Assembly: GCA_963514005.1 (NCBI GenBank)
Contig: OY740814.1
Coordinates: 2,666,001 to 2,730,000 of the forward strand
Length of the DNA stretch: 64,000 bases
From: Raja brachyura
Taxonomy: Eukaryota
Reading direction: 5' to 3'
In this document: positions 12,860 to 26,511 of the stretch, in pieces
How the letters are laid out: each line of letters starts with the position of its first letter
How positions within the stretch are numbered: position 1 is the stretch's first letter
Program-made: the position numbers and the translations under genes
Notes under the pieces: generated by a model
Databases searched by the model: none
The model's input: only the letters and a program-made list of their open reading frames with translations
Told to the model about the DNA's origin: nothing

Positions 12860-13120
12860 ACGTTTCTCACACAGAGAGTGGTGAGTCTCTGGAATTCTCT
12901 GCCACAGAAGGTAGTTGAGGCCAGTTCATTGGCTATATTTTAGAGGGAGTTAGATGTGGCCCTTGTGGCTAGAGGGATCAGGGGGTATGGAGAGAAGGCA
13001 GGTATGGGATACTGAGTTGGATGATCAGCCATGATCATATTGAATGGTGGTGCAGGCTCGAAGGGCCGAATGGCCTACTCCTACACCTATTGTCTGTGTT
13101 TCTATGTTTCTATGTTTCTC
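12860..13120 (+). mobile_element. CR1 LINE 3' end with (tttctatg)n tail
   Basis: Closely similar to 43885-44110. Confidence 0.8.
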
Positions 13121-13437
13121 TAGTGAGTCACTGATTCTCATGGATCGAGCCCTGACTCCTATCCCAGTCATTGGAAAGTATCGACTGAGAGGAGAATTTA
13201 CACTGTAATTTCCCCACATACACCACACCTCCCCCTCTTCCGGCTCCCTTGAGCAACATCCTGTTGACTAATCCAAGTCTGGAGAAAGGTCTCTACCCTA
13301 AATGACTCTTACCCATGTTCGCCAGAGATGCTGCCTGACCTGCTGAGTCTTCCAAGCGACCTAATGCCTGGATTAGACTAGCATTTACGACAATGTTACA
13401 TCTGTATCCACCCACCACAGATTTAATAAAGGCTCAG

Positions 13438-13745
13438 TGGCAGCACTGTAGCGCAGCGGCAGAGTTGCTGCCTTACTGCGCCAGAGACCCAGGTTTAATC
13501 CTGACTAAAGGGTGCTGTTGGTACAGAGTTTGCACGTTCTCTCTATGACAGCGTGGGTTTTCTACGGGTGCTCCAGTTTCCTCCCACACTCCAAAGATGA
13601 ACAATTGTATAGATTAATTGGCTTCTGTAAAATGGTAAATCGTCCCTAGTGTGTGTAGGGTAGTGCTGGTGTGTGGGGATCGCTGGTCGGCATGGACTCG
13701 GTGGGCCGAAGGGCCTGTTTCCACACTGTTTTTCTAAAGTCTAAA
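13438..13745 (+). mobile_element. HE1-type V-SINE
   Basis: Consensus match by eye. Confidence 0.82.
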
Positions 13746-14089
13746 TTGGTAGGCACACCCAGGACATTCCTATTGCTCAATTGGTTCGGGTTGATTACGT
13801 TTCATGACAAAATATTCTCTCTACCCTACACACTGGGGAAAGTCAATACAGAAGCCATATTAACCTACAAACCTGTACGTCTTTAGAATGTGGAGGAAAC
13901 TGGAACATCCAGAGAAATGTCACGGGGAGAACGTACAAACTCCACACGTACTGACAGATATCGAGCCTGGGTCTGTGGCACTGTGAGACATCAACTCTGT
14001 CACCGCCTGACACTGTGATTTAGTGGAAATCTTCATCTCTTTACTAGTAAGGTGCAAGGTCCTCACCTGCTATACATGGGCATTGGCAG

Positions 14090-14625
14090 CACAGGTGCCC
14101 ATGAAGGTCAAGGTGAAATGCTTCAGTGACCACTGACCCGTGGCACTCACCTCCATTGTGATGAGGTGTTTCGAGAAGTTGGTCATAATCAACTCCGCCT
14201 CATTAATGAGCTGGAGCCACCTCAGCCCATCCACCACGACCACAGCTCAACAGCGGATGTGGTCTGGTTGGTTCTTCACTTTGTCCTGGGCCAGTTGGAC
14301 ATGTATGTCAGCCTGTGGATGAAGGAACTGCAGATGCTGGTTTAAACCGGAGATAGACACAAAAGGCTGGAGTAACTCAGTGGGACAGGCAGCATCTCTG
14401 GAGAATGGGAATAGGTGACGTTTCAGGTTGAGGCCCTTCTTCAGGCTGTTGTTCATCAACTACAGCTCAGTGTTCAATATCATCATCCCTTCCACAGTCA
14501 TCACTCATCATTAAACTCAGGGAACTGGGTCACTCCTCCTCCTTGTAACTGGAACCTCAACGTTGTCATCGTCATTACGGATTGGCAACAGCACTTCCTC
14601 CTCACGGACCATCAGTACATGGAGA
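14090..14625 (+). mobile_element. Decayed Rex1/Babar-type LINE RT fragment, interrupted by a pLTR copy (about 14318-14445)
   Basis: KVKCFSDH*PVALTSIVMRCFEKLV and LFINYSSVFNIIIP resemble Rex1 'CLNDYRPVALTS.VMKCFERLV' and 'LFIDYSSAFNTI.P'. Confidence 0.7.
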
Positions 14626-15694
14626 TATTCTTGTGGTGTTAGCTTCTGTTGTTGTTTGGTGCCTGGCTAGGGATGTGCAGGGAGGTTCAAGAAGCTGATA
14701 TTTGTGAAGAAAGCGTTCCTGAATATGGAAACGGGCAGCACAGTTGCTGCCTGACAGAGACCCGGGTTCAATCCTGACTGCGGTTGCTGTCTTCACAGAG
14801 TTTGTACGTTCTCCCTGTGACTGCGTGGGTTTCCTCCCGGTGCTCCGGGTTCCTCCCACATTCCAATAATGTGTAGGTTTGTTGGTTAATTGCCCCCAGT
14901 GTGTAAGATGGTGCTGGTGTACGGGATGATCACTGGTCAGCACGGATTCAGTGGGCCAAAGGGCCTGTTTCCATGTTGTATCTCTGAACTAATCGAAACT
15001 AAACTAATTTCAGGAAGGATGCAAAGGATTTGGAGCGGGGGCAGACTAGGTTTGCCGGAATGCTCTCTGGATGTAAGGGCTAAAAGAGTGGTTGGACAAA
15101 CTTGGAATGTTTTCTCTGGAGCGCCAGAGGCTGAGGGAAATCCTGAGAGAAGTATCCAAAATTGTGGAGGGCATAGATGAGGTAGACAGTTTTGCCTCGG
15201 GTGGAGATGTAAAAATGCTAGAGGGCATAGCTTTAGGGTCAGAGGGGGTAAGATGTAGGGGACACATTTTTTTACTCAGAGTGGTAAGTGTGTGGAACAC
15301 ACTGCTGGGGTTATTGGTGGAAGCTGATATGACAGTGGTTTTTAGGCAATTTATAGATCGACACATGAATATGTGGGGAACGGAGGGATATGGATCACAT
15401 GCAGGCAGAGGAGATTAGTAAACCCTGGCATCACATTTGGCACATACATCATGGGTTGAAAGGCCTGTTCCTGTGCTGTACTGTTCTATGCTCTACGTTT
15501 AACAAGGTTAAACGATCAATTAATCTCAATAGGGTTACACAAAAAGCTGGAGAAACTCAGCGGGTGCAGCAGCATCTAAGGATCGAAGGAGATAGGCGAC
15601 TTTTCGGGTCGAGACCCTTCTTCAGACTGATAGTCAGGGAGACCCGAAACGTTACCCATTTCTTTTCTCCAGAAATGCTTGTCCCTGCTGAGTT

Positions 15695-16085
15695 CATCAT
15701 CGTTGAAAACGTTAGTGACACAGTGGCGCTGGTTTCCGACGGGAACGGTGACATACGCACCACACATCTCTGTCCTCCAGTTCCTGCGGACTTCCGCCGC
15801 TGGAAGTACAGGATTTTGGTGTGTGTGTGCTTTATCATCATTCCTTACATTGCTACGTACGACAGTGATCGCAACGTCTACTGAAGTGTGGATGGCCGTT
15901 AGCTCGCTAAAAGCTCATCCGCCCTTTGACAGGTCTTGTTTCTGGTCCTGCTGGGGGTCCACAGCTCCCTCCTCACCTGGCAAACCAGGTGGGGGAGACG
16001 GTTTAGTCGCCGACTATCCGACCATGGAGCAGGTAGCACAGGATTACATGGTACCCGTGGCGGGGGGAACTCACCCTGACCTGAC
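15695..16085 (+). mobile_element. 5'-truncated non-LTR retroelement with (CCTGA)n tail and 7-bp TSD, inserted into a pLTR copy
   Basis: CTGAGTT at 15688-15694 and 16086-16092, tail ccctgacctgacctga, CpG-rich body. The host pLTR resumes after the insertion. Confidence 0.65.
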
Positions 16086-16469
16086 CTGAGTTACTCCAGC
16101 ATTTTGTGTCTATCTTCGGTTGAAACCAGCATCTGCAGTTCCTTCCTGCACAAGAGTCTATTGGTGTTGAAAGGACTATAAACTTTGTGGACTGCGGTGT
16201 TTCTCAGCCTCTGGGTAAAGGTGAAAGAATGTAACATTAGTTGAGGAATGTTGTGATGTTGAATTTTTGAACCAATACCAGTCAACAGGATTCTACACCA
16301 TGGAACTGTCCCACTGCTCTGGGCACTCACTACTCACTGTATTTCTGAAGCCTATCAAAGCCCCTCCGCTCCAGCTTTCTTATCCCCATTTCCCCCCTCT
16401 ACTGAGCTCTAACCCCAAAGACTAAACCAGGATCCATCTTCTTTTGTTTTGAGATCCCATTCGACTCAT

Positions 16470-16808
16470 TTCGAGATACAGCGCGGAAACAGGCCCTTTG
16501 GCCCACCGAGTCCGCATCGACCAGTTATCACCCCACACACTAACACAACCCTACACTAAACGGACAATTTACAAATGTTACCAAAACCAAATTAGCCAAA
16601 AAAAGTTTTCGGCTAATTCGGTTTCCTCCCACACCCCAAAAAGCTGTACATCTTTGGAGTGTGGGAGGAAACCGAAGCATCCAGAGAAAATTCACGCAGG
16701 TCACGGGGAGAACGTGCAAGCTCCGTGCAGACAGCACCCGTTGTCAAGATTGATTCCGGGTCTCTGGTGCCTTAAGGCAGCAACTCTACCGCTGCGTCAC
16801 CATGCCGC
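16470..16808 (-). mobile_element. HE1-type V-SINE
   Basis: Consensus match by eye. Confidence 0.8.
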
Positions 16809-16861
16809 TCATTGATGACTTGTATTTGGCTTAAATCATAATACCTGCAGCCCAGAAAGAT

Positions 16862-17085
16862 ACAGAGTGCTGGAGTAACTCAGCAGGTCAGGCAGCATCT
16901 GTGGAGAACATGGATAAGTGACGTTTCACAGAGTGCTGGAGTAACTCAGCGGGTCAGGCAGCATCTGTGGAGAACATGGATAGGTGACGTTTCACAGAGT
17001 GCTGGAGTAACTCAGCGGGTCAGGCAGCATCTGTGGAGAACATGGATAGGTGACATTTTGGGTCGGGACCCTTTTTCAGACTGAT
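16862..17085. repeat. 66-bp tandem repeat (~3 copies) of the same pLTR-derived unit
   Basis: Units start at 16862, 16928 and 16994. Confidence 0.9.
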
Positions 17086-20000
17086 TGAAGGGGGGAGGCT
17101 GGAAAAGAGGAGGGGCCAATGCAGAGCATTGTCAGTAATAATCTTAATGATGAAGTTGACAAACTTCATTGCTGTGTTGCTACATTGCTGTATTCACAAA
17201 CTCTTGCTGAATACAGCATGGAACTAATGTTAGCTTCAATGCAACTTGACATAAACTAGAGTGCTGAGCCGTGCGTAAGTTGCTCCAAGTGGAGGGTTTG
17301 GTGAAGATCTTCCAAGATGAGGGAGAGAAGCAGAGAGGGTAAGAGGGGCCACATCGCAAGACCAGGGTCAGGGCAGCCCAGGAGAAGAAATCTATGAAAC
17401 CTAATCATGGAGTGAAGCTTTATTGCCATGAATTGGTCCCAGTATGTGAATGGGAAGTTTCAGTCAAGCGTGAACGTGATAAAATGCGGAGGAAAAAGCC
17501 GAATGGAATTTGCTCTTGGAGAAGGTGGCAGAGAGAAGCAAGCACGCTGCCAACAATATTCTGCTTTGGCAGAAATGTGAAAATAGGGTCTGCATGGATC
17601 TTGAATGACCTTAAATTACCTTCACAGATTGTAGATGAATGCACCGTATCCATGGACTCATTCAAATAAATATTGTGAATGAGATGTTGTGCATCAGAAC
17701 CTAAATGGTTATTTTATTGTTTTTTTCTATCTTGGATAGAAATTGCATTCATCGTTCAGTGGATAGAGATTTATTGAAAGGATATAGATTTTGTACATTA
17801 ATTAGGTTGGTTACACCTTGACCTCTGAATCAGAAGTCAATAGACAATAGACAAGAAGTGCAGGCATGGGCCATTCGGCCCTTCGAGTCCAAGGGTTGAA
17901 ACTTGATTGAGGAGACCTGAACAGAGTGGATGTGGAGAGGATGTTTTCACCAGTGGGAGAGTCTAGGACCAGAGGTCACAGCCTCAGAATTAAAGGGGCA
18001 TAGCTTTAGAAAGGAGATGATGAGGAATTTCTTTAGATGGGGGGGTGGTGAATCTGTGGAATTAATTGCCCTGGAGGCTGTGGAGGCCAAGTCAATGGAT
18101 ATTTTTAAGATGGAGATTGACATATTCTTGATTAGTACGGTTGTCAGGGGTTACGGGGGGAAGGCAGGAGAACTCGGGTTTCCTCCCACATCCCAAAGAC
18201 GGGCGGGTTTGTAGGTTAATCGGCCCCTGCAAATTGCCCCCTAATGTGTAGGGAGCGGATGGGAAAGTGGAATAACATAGAATTAGTGTGAATGGGTGGT
18301 CGATGGTCAGTGTGGACTCGATGGGCTGTAAGAAAGTAGAAACAAAGAACTGCAGATGCTGGTTTATAGCAAAGATAGACACAAAGTGCTGGAGCAACTC
18401 AGTGAGTCAGGCAGCATCTCTGTGGAAAAAGGATTAGTGATGTTTCAGGTTGGGACCCTTCCAGTCTAAAGAAGGGTCCTGAACCAAAAGCATCAGCCAT
18501 CCTTTTTTTCCAGAGATGCTGCCTAACCTGTTGAGTTACTCCAGCAATCTATGTCTCTCTTCTCTTTGCTAAAAATGCAGAACTGAAAAGGCTGCAGTCC
18601 AGAAATTCCTTCACATAACTTGAAACAAAAAAATGTGCCGTACGACAATGTTGAAAATGAGCTAAATCCGGTTTAAAGTAAAATCAGGAAATTCAATCCT
18701 TTTTCCAGTGGAGAACTTCACCAAACGACATTAACAGACATATCGTGGTCAAATTCTGTTCCCCTGTGTAATTTATCTTTCAACTTCACTGATTTGAAAA
18801 ATAGCATTGATTTCAGGGAATAAAAAAACTGCAAATACTGGGACAATGAACGTCAAATAGCACGGCAGAGAAACAGGCTCTTCGCCACACAAACTCTCTG
18901 CCGAACATGATGGTAAGTTAAACTGATCTCCTCTGCCTGCCTGTTGAAGAAAGTACTGCAGATGCTGGAAAAATCGAAGGTGGACAAAAATGCTGGAGAA
19001 ACTCAGCGGGTGAGGCAGCATCTATGGAGAGAAGGAATAGGCGACGTTTCGGGTCGAGACCTTTCTTCACACTGATGTTGGGGGGGGGGCGGGAAAAAGA
19101 AAGAAAGGTGGAGACAGTAGGTCTGCCTGTTAGTGATATACATCCCTCCATTCTCTGAAGCACCATGTGCCTATCTAAGAGCCAGTCCCGCATCAACGTC
19201 CACCACCACCCCTGGCAGCACGTTCCAGGCACCCACCGCTCTCTGTGAAAAAAAAACGTTGACCCACATATCTCCTTTAAACTTTGTCCTCCTCAACATA
19301 AAGCCATGGCTTCTAGTCTTTGACATTTCCACCCCAGGAAAAAAAGTTCAGACTTAGTCATAGAGTCATAGTGATACAGTGTGGAAACAGGCCCTTTGGC
19401 CCAACGCCCACACCAGCCAACATGTCCCAGCTACACTAGTCCCACCTGCCTGCGTTTGGTCCATATCCCTCCAAACCTGTCCTATCCATGTACCTGTCTA
19501 AACTGTTGGTATAGTCCCTGCCTCATCTACCTCCTCTGGCAGCTTGTTCCATACACCCACCACCCTTTGTGTGAAAAAGTTACCCCTCAGATTCCGATTA
19601 AATCTTTTCCCCTTCACCTTGAACCTCTGTCCTCTGGTCCTCGATTCTACCACTCTGGGCAAGGACTGATGTGGGAGGAAACCAGATGATCCAGAGGAAG
19701 CCACGCGGTCATGGAGAACGTGCAAACGTGCAAACTCCACACAGACAGTGCCTGAGGTCGAGATTGAACCCAGATCTCTCGCAGTTATTTGCAATTAGAT
19801 CATTAAATGTTGATATTGCTGGGTTGTAGGCTGCCCAAGTGAAATTGGTGCATGTGAAACTCTGATTGAAACTTACCGAATAGTGAAAGGCCTGGATAGA
19901 GTGGATGTGAAGAGGATATTTCCAGTAGTGGGAGATTCTTGGACCTGAGGTTATAGCCTCAGAATAAAAGGACGTACCTTTAGAATGAAGATGAGGAGGA

Positions 20001-20261
20001 ATTTCTTTAGCCAGAAGGTGTGAAACTGTGGAATTCATTGCCACAGACGGCTGTGGAGGCCAAGTTATTGAACATTTCTAAAGTGGAGATTAATAGGTTC
20101 TTGACTAGTAAGGGTGTCAGGGTTTAAGGGAGAAGGCAGGAGAATAGGGTTGAAAGGGAAAAATAGATCAGCCATGATTGAATGGCGGAATGGACAGTTC
20201 TGTGACTGCTCACCAAAGTTTGAAGATTGCACCCAAAGCTTCTGTTTAAGGTGGCCACAGA

Positions 20262-20570
20262 GGGGCAGCACGGTGGCACAGCGGTAGAGTTGCTGCCTCA
20301 CAGCGCCAGAGACCCGGGTTCGATCCTGACTACGGGTGCTGTCTGTATGGAGTTTGTACGTTCTCCCCGTGACCTGCGTGGGTTTTCTACGGTGGCTCGG
20401 GTTTCCTCCCACACTCCAAAGACATGCAGGTTTGTAGTTTAATTGCCCTTGGTGCAGATTGTTAATTGTCCCTAGTGTGTAGGATAGTACTGGTTTATGG
20501 GATGATCGCTGGTCGGCGTGGACTAGGTGGGCAGAAGGACCTGTTTACGCGCTGTATCTCTAAAATAAAG
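20262..20570 (+). mobile_element. HE1-type V-SINE, full length
   Basis: A box tggcacagcgg, B box ggttcgatcc, V-domain and tail. Confidence 0.88.
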
Positions 20571-20714
20571 TACACTATGCAACCTGTGGTGTCATTAGGA
20601 GCCCAGGAAAGCCTGGGGCACTCACATACCAAGTGAATTGTGCACGGATGTATTCTGAAACGTACCACTTCAGCCAGAAACTATTGTTAGCGGTCAAAAT
20701 TCGTTAACATCTGT

Positions 20715-21022
20715 TTTAGTTTAGTTTAGAAATACACCACAGAAACAGGCCCTTCGGCCCACCGAGTCCGTGCCGACCAACAATCCCTGCACACTAACAC
20801 TATCCAATACTGGGGACAATTTTTACATTTACACCAAGCCAATTAACGGACAAACCTGTACGTCTTGGGAGTGTGGGAGGAAACCGAGGTTTTCGGAGAA
20901 AACCTACGCAGGTCCCAGGGAGAACGTGCAAGCTCCGCACAGACAGCACCTGTGGTCGGGATCGAACCTGGCGTCTCTGGCGATGTAAGTGCCGTAAGGC
21001 AGCAACTCCACCGTGGTGCCCA
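20715..21022 (-). mobile_element. HE1-type V-SINE
   Basis: Reverse-complement copy of the same consensus. Confidence 0.85.
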
Positions 21023-23479
21023 ATGGGCAATCAATGCATGGGAAGGCAACACTAATGAATGCATCCAGTTTCTGGGCACCGTAATTACAAATAGTTCAAC
21101 ACATCAAGGAGTTTAATTTTCCATGACTCGTGTATTTATCCAAGTTTCCAGCATGAAACAAGGCCTCTGCCGCCTATACCAGCTCTCTGAATGAGACACT
21201 CATGTAGCCCTGTGCCTGCATAGAATTCCACATTATCCCCATTTTCTTATATTCTGCACACTCAGCTTTATTCTTTTCATTGCCCTGATTTATTAGTTGG
21301 CCTGTAATTACTTAAACGTTGCTTGCTGCAAGTTTTGGTTACATTTTCCTAGAACGCTTTTAAGCTTCAATGAAACCTGTTTATGGTTCAGCAGAATGTT
21401 TTACTCCTTGCTGTGCTGTACATGTTTACCCAGTGACAGCGGCGCCCTTTGTTTCAGGGTGGTAGTAACTCCAATTTGCCAGCTTAATCATAGAATGAAG
21501 GAATCATATATCGTGGACGGCCATACAGTCCATTCTGTTTGTGTTGGCTCTTTGTTCAGTTCAGTTTAGTTTATCGTCACGTGTACCGAGGTTAAGTGAA
21601 AAGCTTTTAGTTTAGGTTAGTTTAGTTTCGTTTCGAGATACAGCGGCCCCATAGCAGAAGTGTCCACACTGCGGGGCTGGAAACTGGAAGTATCCTGAGC
21701 TAATTCTGCAACCACCAGAGAAGAATTATATTGCAACAATTATATTGCAACAAGTGACAGCTCCCACTGATTGTCGCCGGAAGCTTGCGTCCTTTTCAGG
21801 AAGGATGATGACAGCGATGTCAACATTTGGACCATGGAAGATGGACACGAAAAAGGAAGAGATACAGCTCGGAAACAGGCCCTTCGGCCCAACGAGTCCG
21901 CGCTGACCAGCGATCCCCGCACATTAACACCATCATACATCCGCTAGGGACAATTTTACACACACACCCAGCCAAATAACCTACATACCTGTACTGTCTG
22001 TACGGAGTTTGTACGTTCTCCCCATGACCTTCGTGGGTTATTTCCGGGATCTCCGGTTTCCTCCCACACTCCAAAGACGTACATGTTTGTAGACAAATGG
22101 CTTGGTAAAAAATTGTAAATCATCCCGAGTGTGTGTAGGATAGCGTTAGTGTACGGGGATCGCTGGTCAGCGCCGACTCGGTGAGCCGAAGGGCCTGTTT
22201 CCGTGCGGTATCTCTGAACTAAACTGAGATGTTAATTTTACCTCAGCTTGCTGCCAATTCAACAGAGAAATCTCGTCAGGTTGGGTAGGGTTTCCTGTTG
22301 TTAAATCACTGTCTTTTCTAATAAATGTGGCATTAGCTGCTCACAGCGAGTTCTTGGGGGAAAAATAGGACCATTTACTGTACCTTCCAGAAAACTCGGC
22401 CAAGAAAAACATGCAGCATTAAAATTGCTGACCAACTTATTTGCACTAGGATTAGTGAGTGGGAGCCAAGCGCTTGTGTTTATGAAGCACATTGATTTGC
22501 AGCATCTGCTTGAGTGCAGTTAAACCCTGAAGCAATTTATTTTCTAAGAATACCCATGGCAAGAGAGGGTTGGGTACGTCGGGGCATTAGGAACGAGTTT
22601 ACCTTGTTCTGCAAGTCCATGACACTGAGAGAGAAAGAGAAAATAAATCTAAAGGTTCAGTTTACTCTCCACCCACAGACCGTGGACATATGAAAGGGCG
22701 TATTGTGCACTTATAAAAATATGGCTCCACCCCCCCAAGGTGCAACTTGCTGCACTTTTTAGTAAATGTTCTGATTGAATGTATAAAGTTACAATGAAAT
22801 TGAAATATTTAGCATGCATTTAATCATGGTTAGATGTGTACTGATCCATTGCAGAACAGCTATGTGTTGTACTGTCTTCATGTACTGCCCTCTAGAATTC
22901 TCAGAGGCTCCCTGACTTATAATCAGACAGACATTGCAGTGACCATGTGAACATAGAACATAGAACAGTACAGTACTGGAACAGGCCCTTCGGCCCACAA
23001 TATCTGTGCTGAACATGATACCAAGTTAAACTTAAGAGGAAGGCGTAAGCCATTTAGGACTGTGATGAGGAAAAACTTTTTCACCCAGAAAGTTGTGAAT
23101 CTGTGGAATTCTCTACCACAGAAAGCAGTGGAGGCCAATTCACTGGACGTATTCAAGAGAGAGTTAGATTTAGCTCTTAAGGCTAACGGAATCAAGGGAT
23201 ATGGGCGAAAGCAGGAACGGGTACTGATTTTGGATGGTCAGCCATGATCATATTTCTGAATAGTACAACTTGTACGTGCGATGTGCCTTCTACCAGCCTA
23301 TGGATATCCATAGCCCCTTACAACTTATGGATCGTAGTCATTGTTGTAAAGTGGCAATGTATGCAGCAAGATCGCACAAACTCTATCTGTCAACAGACCC
23401 CCATGTCTAAACTAAAGCCCGAAACCTTCCTTTGTCTTTGCTTCGACCCTCTGCCCCTTCCTCCCACACTTTTGATTCA

Positions 23480-23768
23480 GATATGGTCTAATCGGACTGG
23501 CTGCAAGGCCACAAATGGGCCCCGACCTCGGGTGGTCACCGAGGAAGAGGACTAAACTCTCTGGTGCTTTTCCTCACAGTGGTACATTTTCATTCTGTTG
23601 TGGGGGCACGTTTGTGTTGAACTCTATAATGTGTTGTGTCATTTTTCTTTTTTAAATTTTTTTCTATGGATGTACGGAAATGTAATTATTTATTTTATGT
23701 AAAGCACTTTGGTTTCAACGCGAGTTGATTTAAAACGTGCTATATAAATACAACTTACTTACTTACTA
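23480..23768 (+). mobile_element. L2-like LINE/SINE 3' end with (ttac)n tail
   Basis: 'gtaaagcactttgg...aaacgtgctatataaata' followed by acttacttacttact. Confidence 0.5.
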
Positions 23769-24089
23769 ATGTTGCTCAGTTCTGAACTGCAACCTGTTGT
23801 GCTATGCCGACTTGTTCCTGCTGATAATTCTGGAATAGATTTCAGCAGCCTATCTGCATTCCAGCCTAGCAGCAGAGCCAGATTAATTGTTGGATTAAAT
23901 GTTAATTGACTGAGTGTTTTCAGTAGCTCCGTAACCACTAGAAAACTTGATTGGGTCAACCGATTTAAACTAAATCACTACTTTGGGGATTATCAACATT
24001 ATTGCCAAGTGTTTCTGTAGAAAGGATGAAAGCCGTCACATGAGTGGAGAACATGTAGGCACAAACTCCAGGTAACAGCAATCTTAATT

Positions 24090-24397
24090 TAATTTAGTTT
24101 AGAGATACAGCGCAGAAACAGGCCCTTCAGCCCACCGGGTCCGTGCCGACTAGTGAGTAATGTCCCCGCACATTAACATTACCATACTCATACCTGGGAC
24201 AATTTATATTTACACCAAGCCAATTAACCTATATAGCTGCATATCTTTGGAGTGTGGGAGGAAACTGGAGCACCCGGAGACAACCCACGCAGGTCGCGGG
24301 GAGAACGTACAAACCGCGTACAGACAGCACCCCTAGTCAGGATCAAACCTGGGCCTCTGGCGCTGTGAGGCAGCAACTCTACCGCTGTGCCACTGTG
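24090..24397 (-). mobile_element. HE1-type V-SINE
   Basis: Consensus match by eye. Confidence 0.85.
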
Positions 24398-25439
24398 CAT
24401 GTCAAAAACTTGCCAGAGTGAGGAAGTGGAGACGCACTGAAAATGAATCCACACCAGGCAGAACCCTGTTGTGACCCCACATACACCACACCACAGGTGA
24501 CACCAGAGATAGACACAAAATGCTGGAGTAACTCAGTGGGACAGGCAACATGTGTTAAAGAAGGAACTGCAGATGCTGGAACATCGAGGGTACACAAAAG
24601 GCTGGAGAAACTCAGCAGGTGCAGCAGCATCTAAGGAGCGAAGGAGATAGGTGACGTTTCGGGCCGAAACCTTTCTTCAGACTCGTCAGACCCCTGACTC
24701 GTCAGCAGCACCACCTCCCGACGGCTGCCTTGGACTCAGGCCCATAGAGAACACAACTACGTATTTAGCATTGAATCTGGTCTAACACCCTTCACCCCAA
24801 GGAGCTGGGAAACCACATAAAACGCACAGAAACTGCAGAGCTATTTTCAATCGGGATTTGTTCTGGGCCTTTTCCCTAAACAATAGATAGCTATTTATTT
24901 ACAAAGCACCTTGTACAATCTTAAGTCATTTCAATACACTTTAAAACCAGCAGCAATTATCATACTAAAAATCGATCATTAAAAATATTTCATGAACCCT
25001 GTGCATTTTTAATGTTCTGCCTCTACTCATTCCACACCACTCTTTTACTAATGACAGAAATTCATCCAAAGAGTTTACTGTTGGCTCTGTAGTTTAGTGT
25101 TTAGTTGATGTACGTATATTTAATCTACCTTCACAGCTAAAGCATTGGTAGGAAGGGGTAGGAATCCTGACTACGGGTGCTGTCTGTACGAAGTTTGTAC
25201 GTTCCCCCTGTGACAGCATGGGTTTTCTCCGGGAGCTCCGGTTTCCTCCTACACGCCAAAGACGTCCAGGTTTGTAAGTTAATCATCTTCTGAAAATTGT
25301 CACCAGTGTGTAGGGCAGAACTAGTGTGTGGGTGATCGCTGGTCGGCGTGGACTCGGTGGGCCAAAGAACTTGTTTCCACGTATATCTCTAACCTAAATT
25401 AAAATGTATTTTTGTTATTCTCAGCTATTTTCTGTCACA

Positions 25440-25690
25440 AGCATAATCAGCTCTACTGGGGAAGGAAGACTGCTCTCTGCAAATGGTTTCCATGGGATCA
25501 TTGTGCAGAAACTGTGAGATTAGATAGATGTCTTGTTTAATGTCCTGTCAAATATATGGCAGCTGTAGGCAGTGCAGTGCTGCCGCACTATTCCTCCAGT
25601 GTATTGGCATCGATTTCAGACTCAAGACCTTTCCACGAATTTGAAGAAACAACCATCTAACTCAGAGACAAATGGATCATCGCTGAGCCA
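25440..25690 (-). mobile_element. Ancient DeuSINE (SacSINE1-like) copy
   Basis: The minus strand begins tggctcagcg...tctgagttagatggttg and contains 'gcactgcactgcc...ttaaac...gatcccatggaaaccatttgcagagagcag', resembling the Deu domain as recalled. Confidence 0.55.
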
Positions 25691-26511
25691 ACACTCTGAT
25701 TTATACGTGTAGGAAGGAATTGCAGATGCTGGTTAAAACCAAAGTTAGATATAAAAAGCTGGAGTAACTCAGCGGGTCAGGCAGCATTGTTGGAGGGAAG
25801 GAATAGGTGACGTTTTGGGTCGAGACCCTTCTTCAGGCCTGAAACGTCACCTATTCCTTTTCTCCAGAGTTGCTGTCTGACCTGCTGACTTACTTCAGCT
25901 TTTTGTGTCTATCTCCGATTTATATCTTGTAAGATTTCTAAATCAGGCTTGAAAAAAAAACACCTGGAAAATTCCTTATGAGTCTGAGGAAGCCAGGAAA
26001 ATGGGATGGTGTTCTATTTCTTGGACTATATATGTCCTAATTCCATCAGTCAGGATATGCATCACATGTTTGAGTTGTTATCTTTCCAATGGCATACCTT
26101 CTATGTGTATATATCAATGAGAGTAACTAAATATGCAGTGGATCAGACAGCGATCGCAGTCAGGATATTCCATTATATTTTTCAACCCCTGTAACATTTT
26201 GGCTACTTTTATTTAGAGATATGGCGTGGAAGAAGTTCCCTCAGCCCACTGGGTCCATGTCAGCCATTGATCACCCGTACACTAGTTCTCTGTGTAATCC
26301 TCCTTTTGCATCCTACACACTAGGGGCAGATCACAGGGGCCAATTAACCAATTAGTCCATCACCTCCACACATTTGCACATCTTGATTAACTGTGTAAAC
26401 AACACATCATGGTGGCGCAGCGGTAGAATGCCTCACAGGCCAGAGACACAGGTTCAATCCTGACTACGGGTGCTGTCTGTATGGAGTTTGTACGTTCGCC
26501 CCGCGACCTGT

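Noticed and set aside
20270-20345. tRNA gene-like A and B boxes
   Set aside because: These are SINE heads that continue into the V-domain and LINE-derived tail, and no complete cloverleaf is evident.
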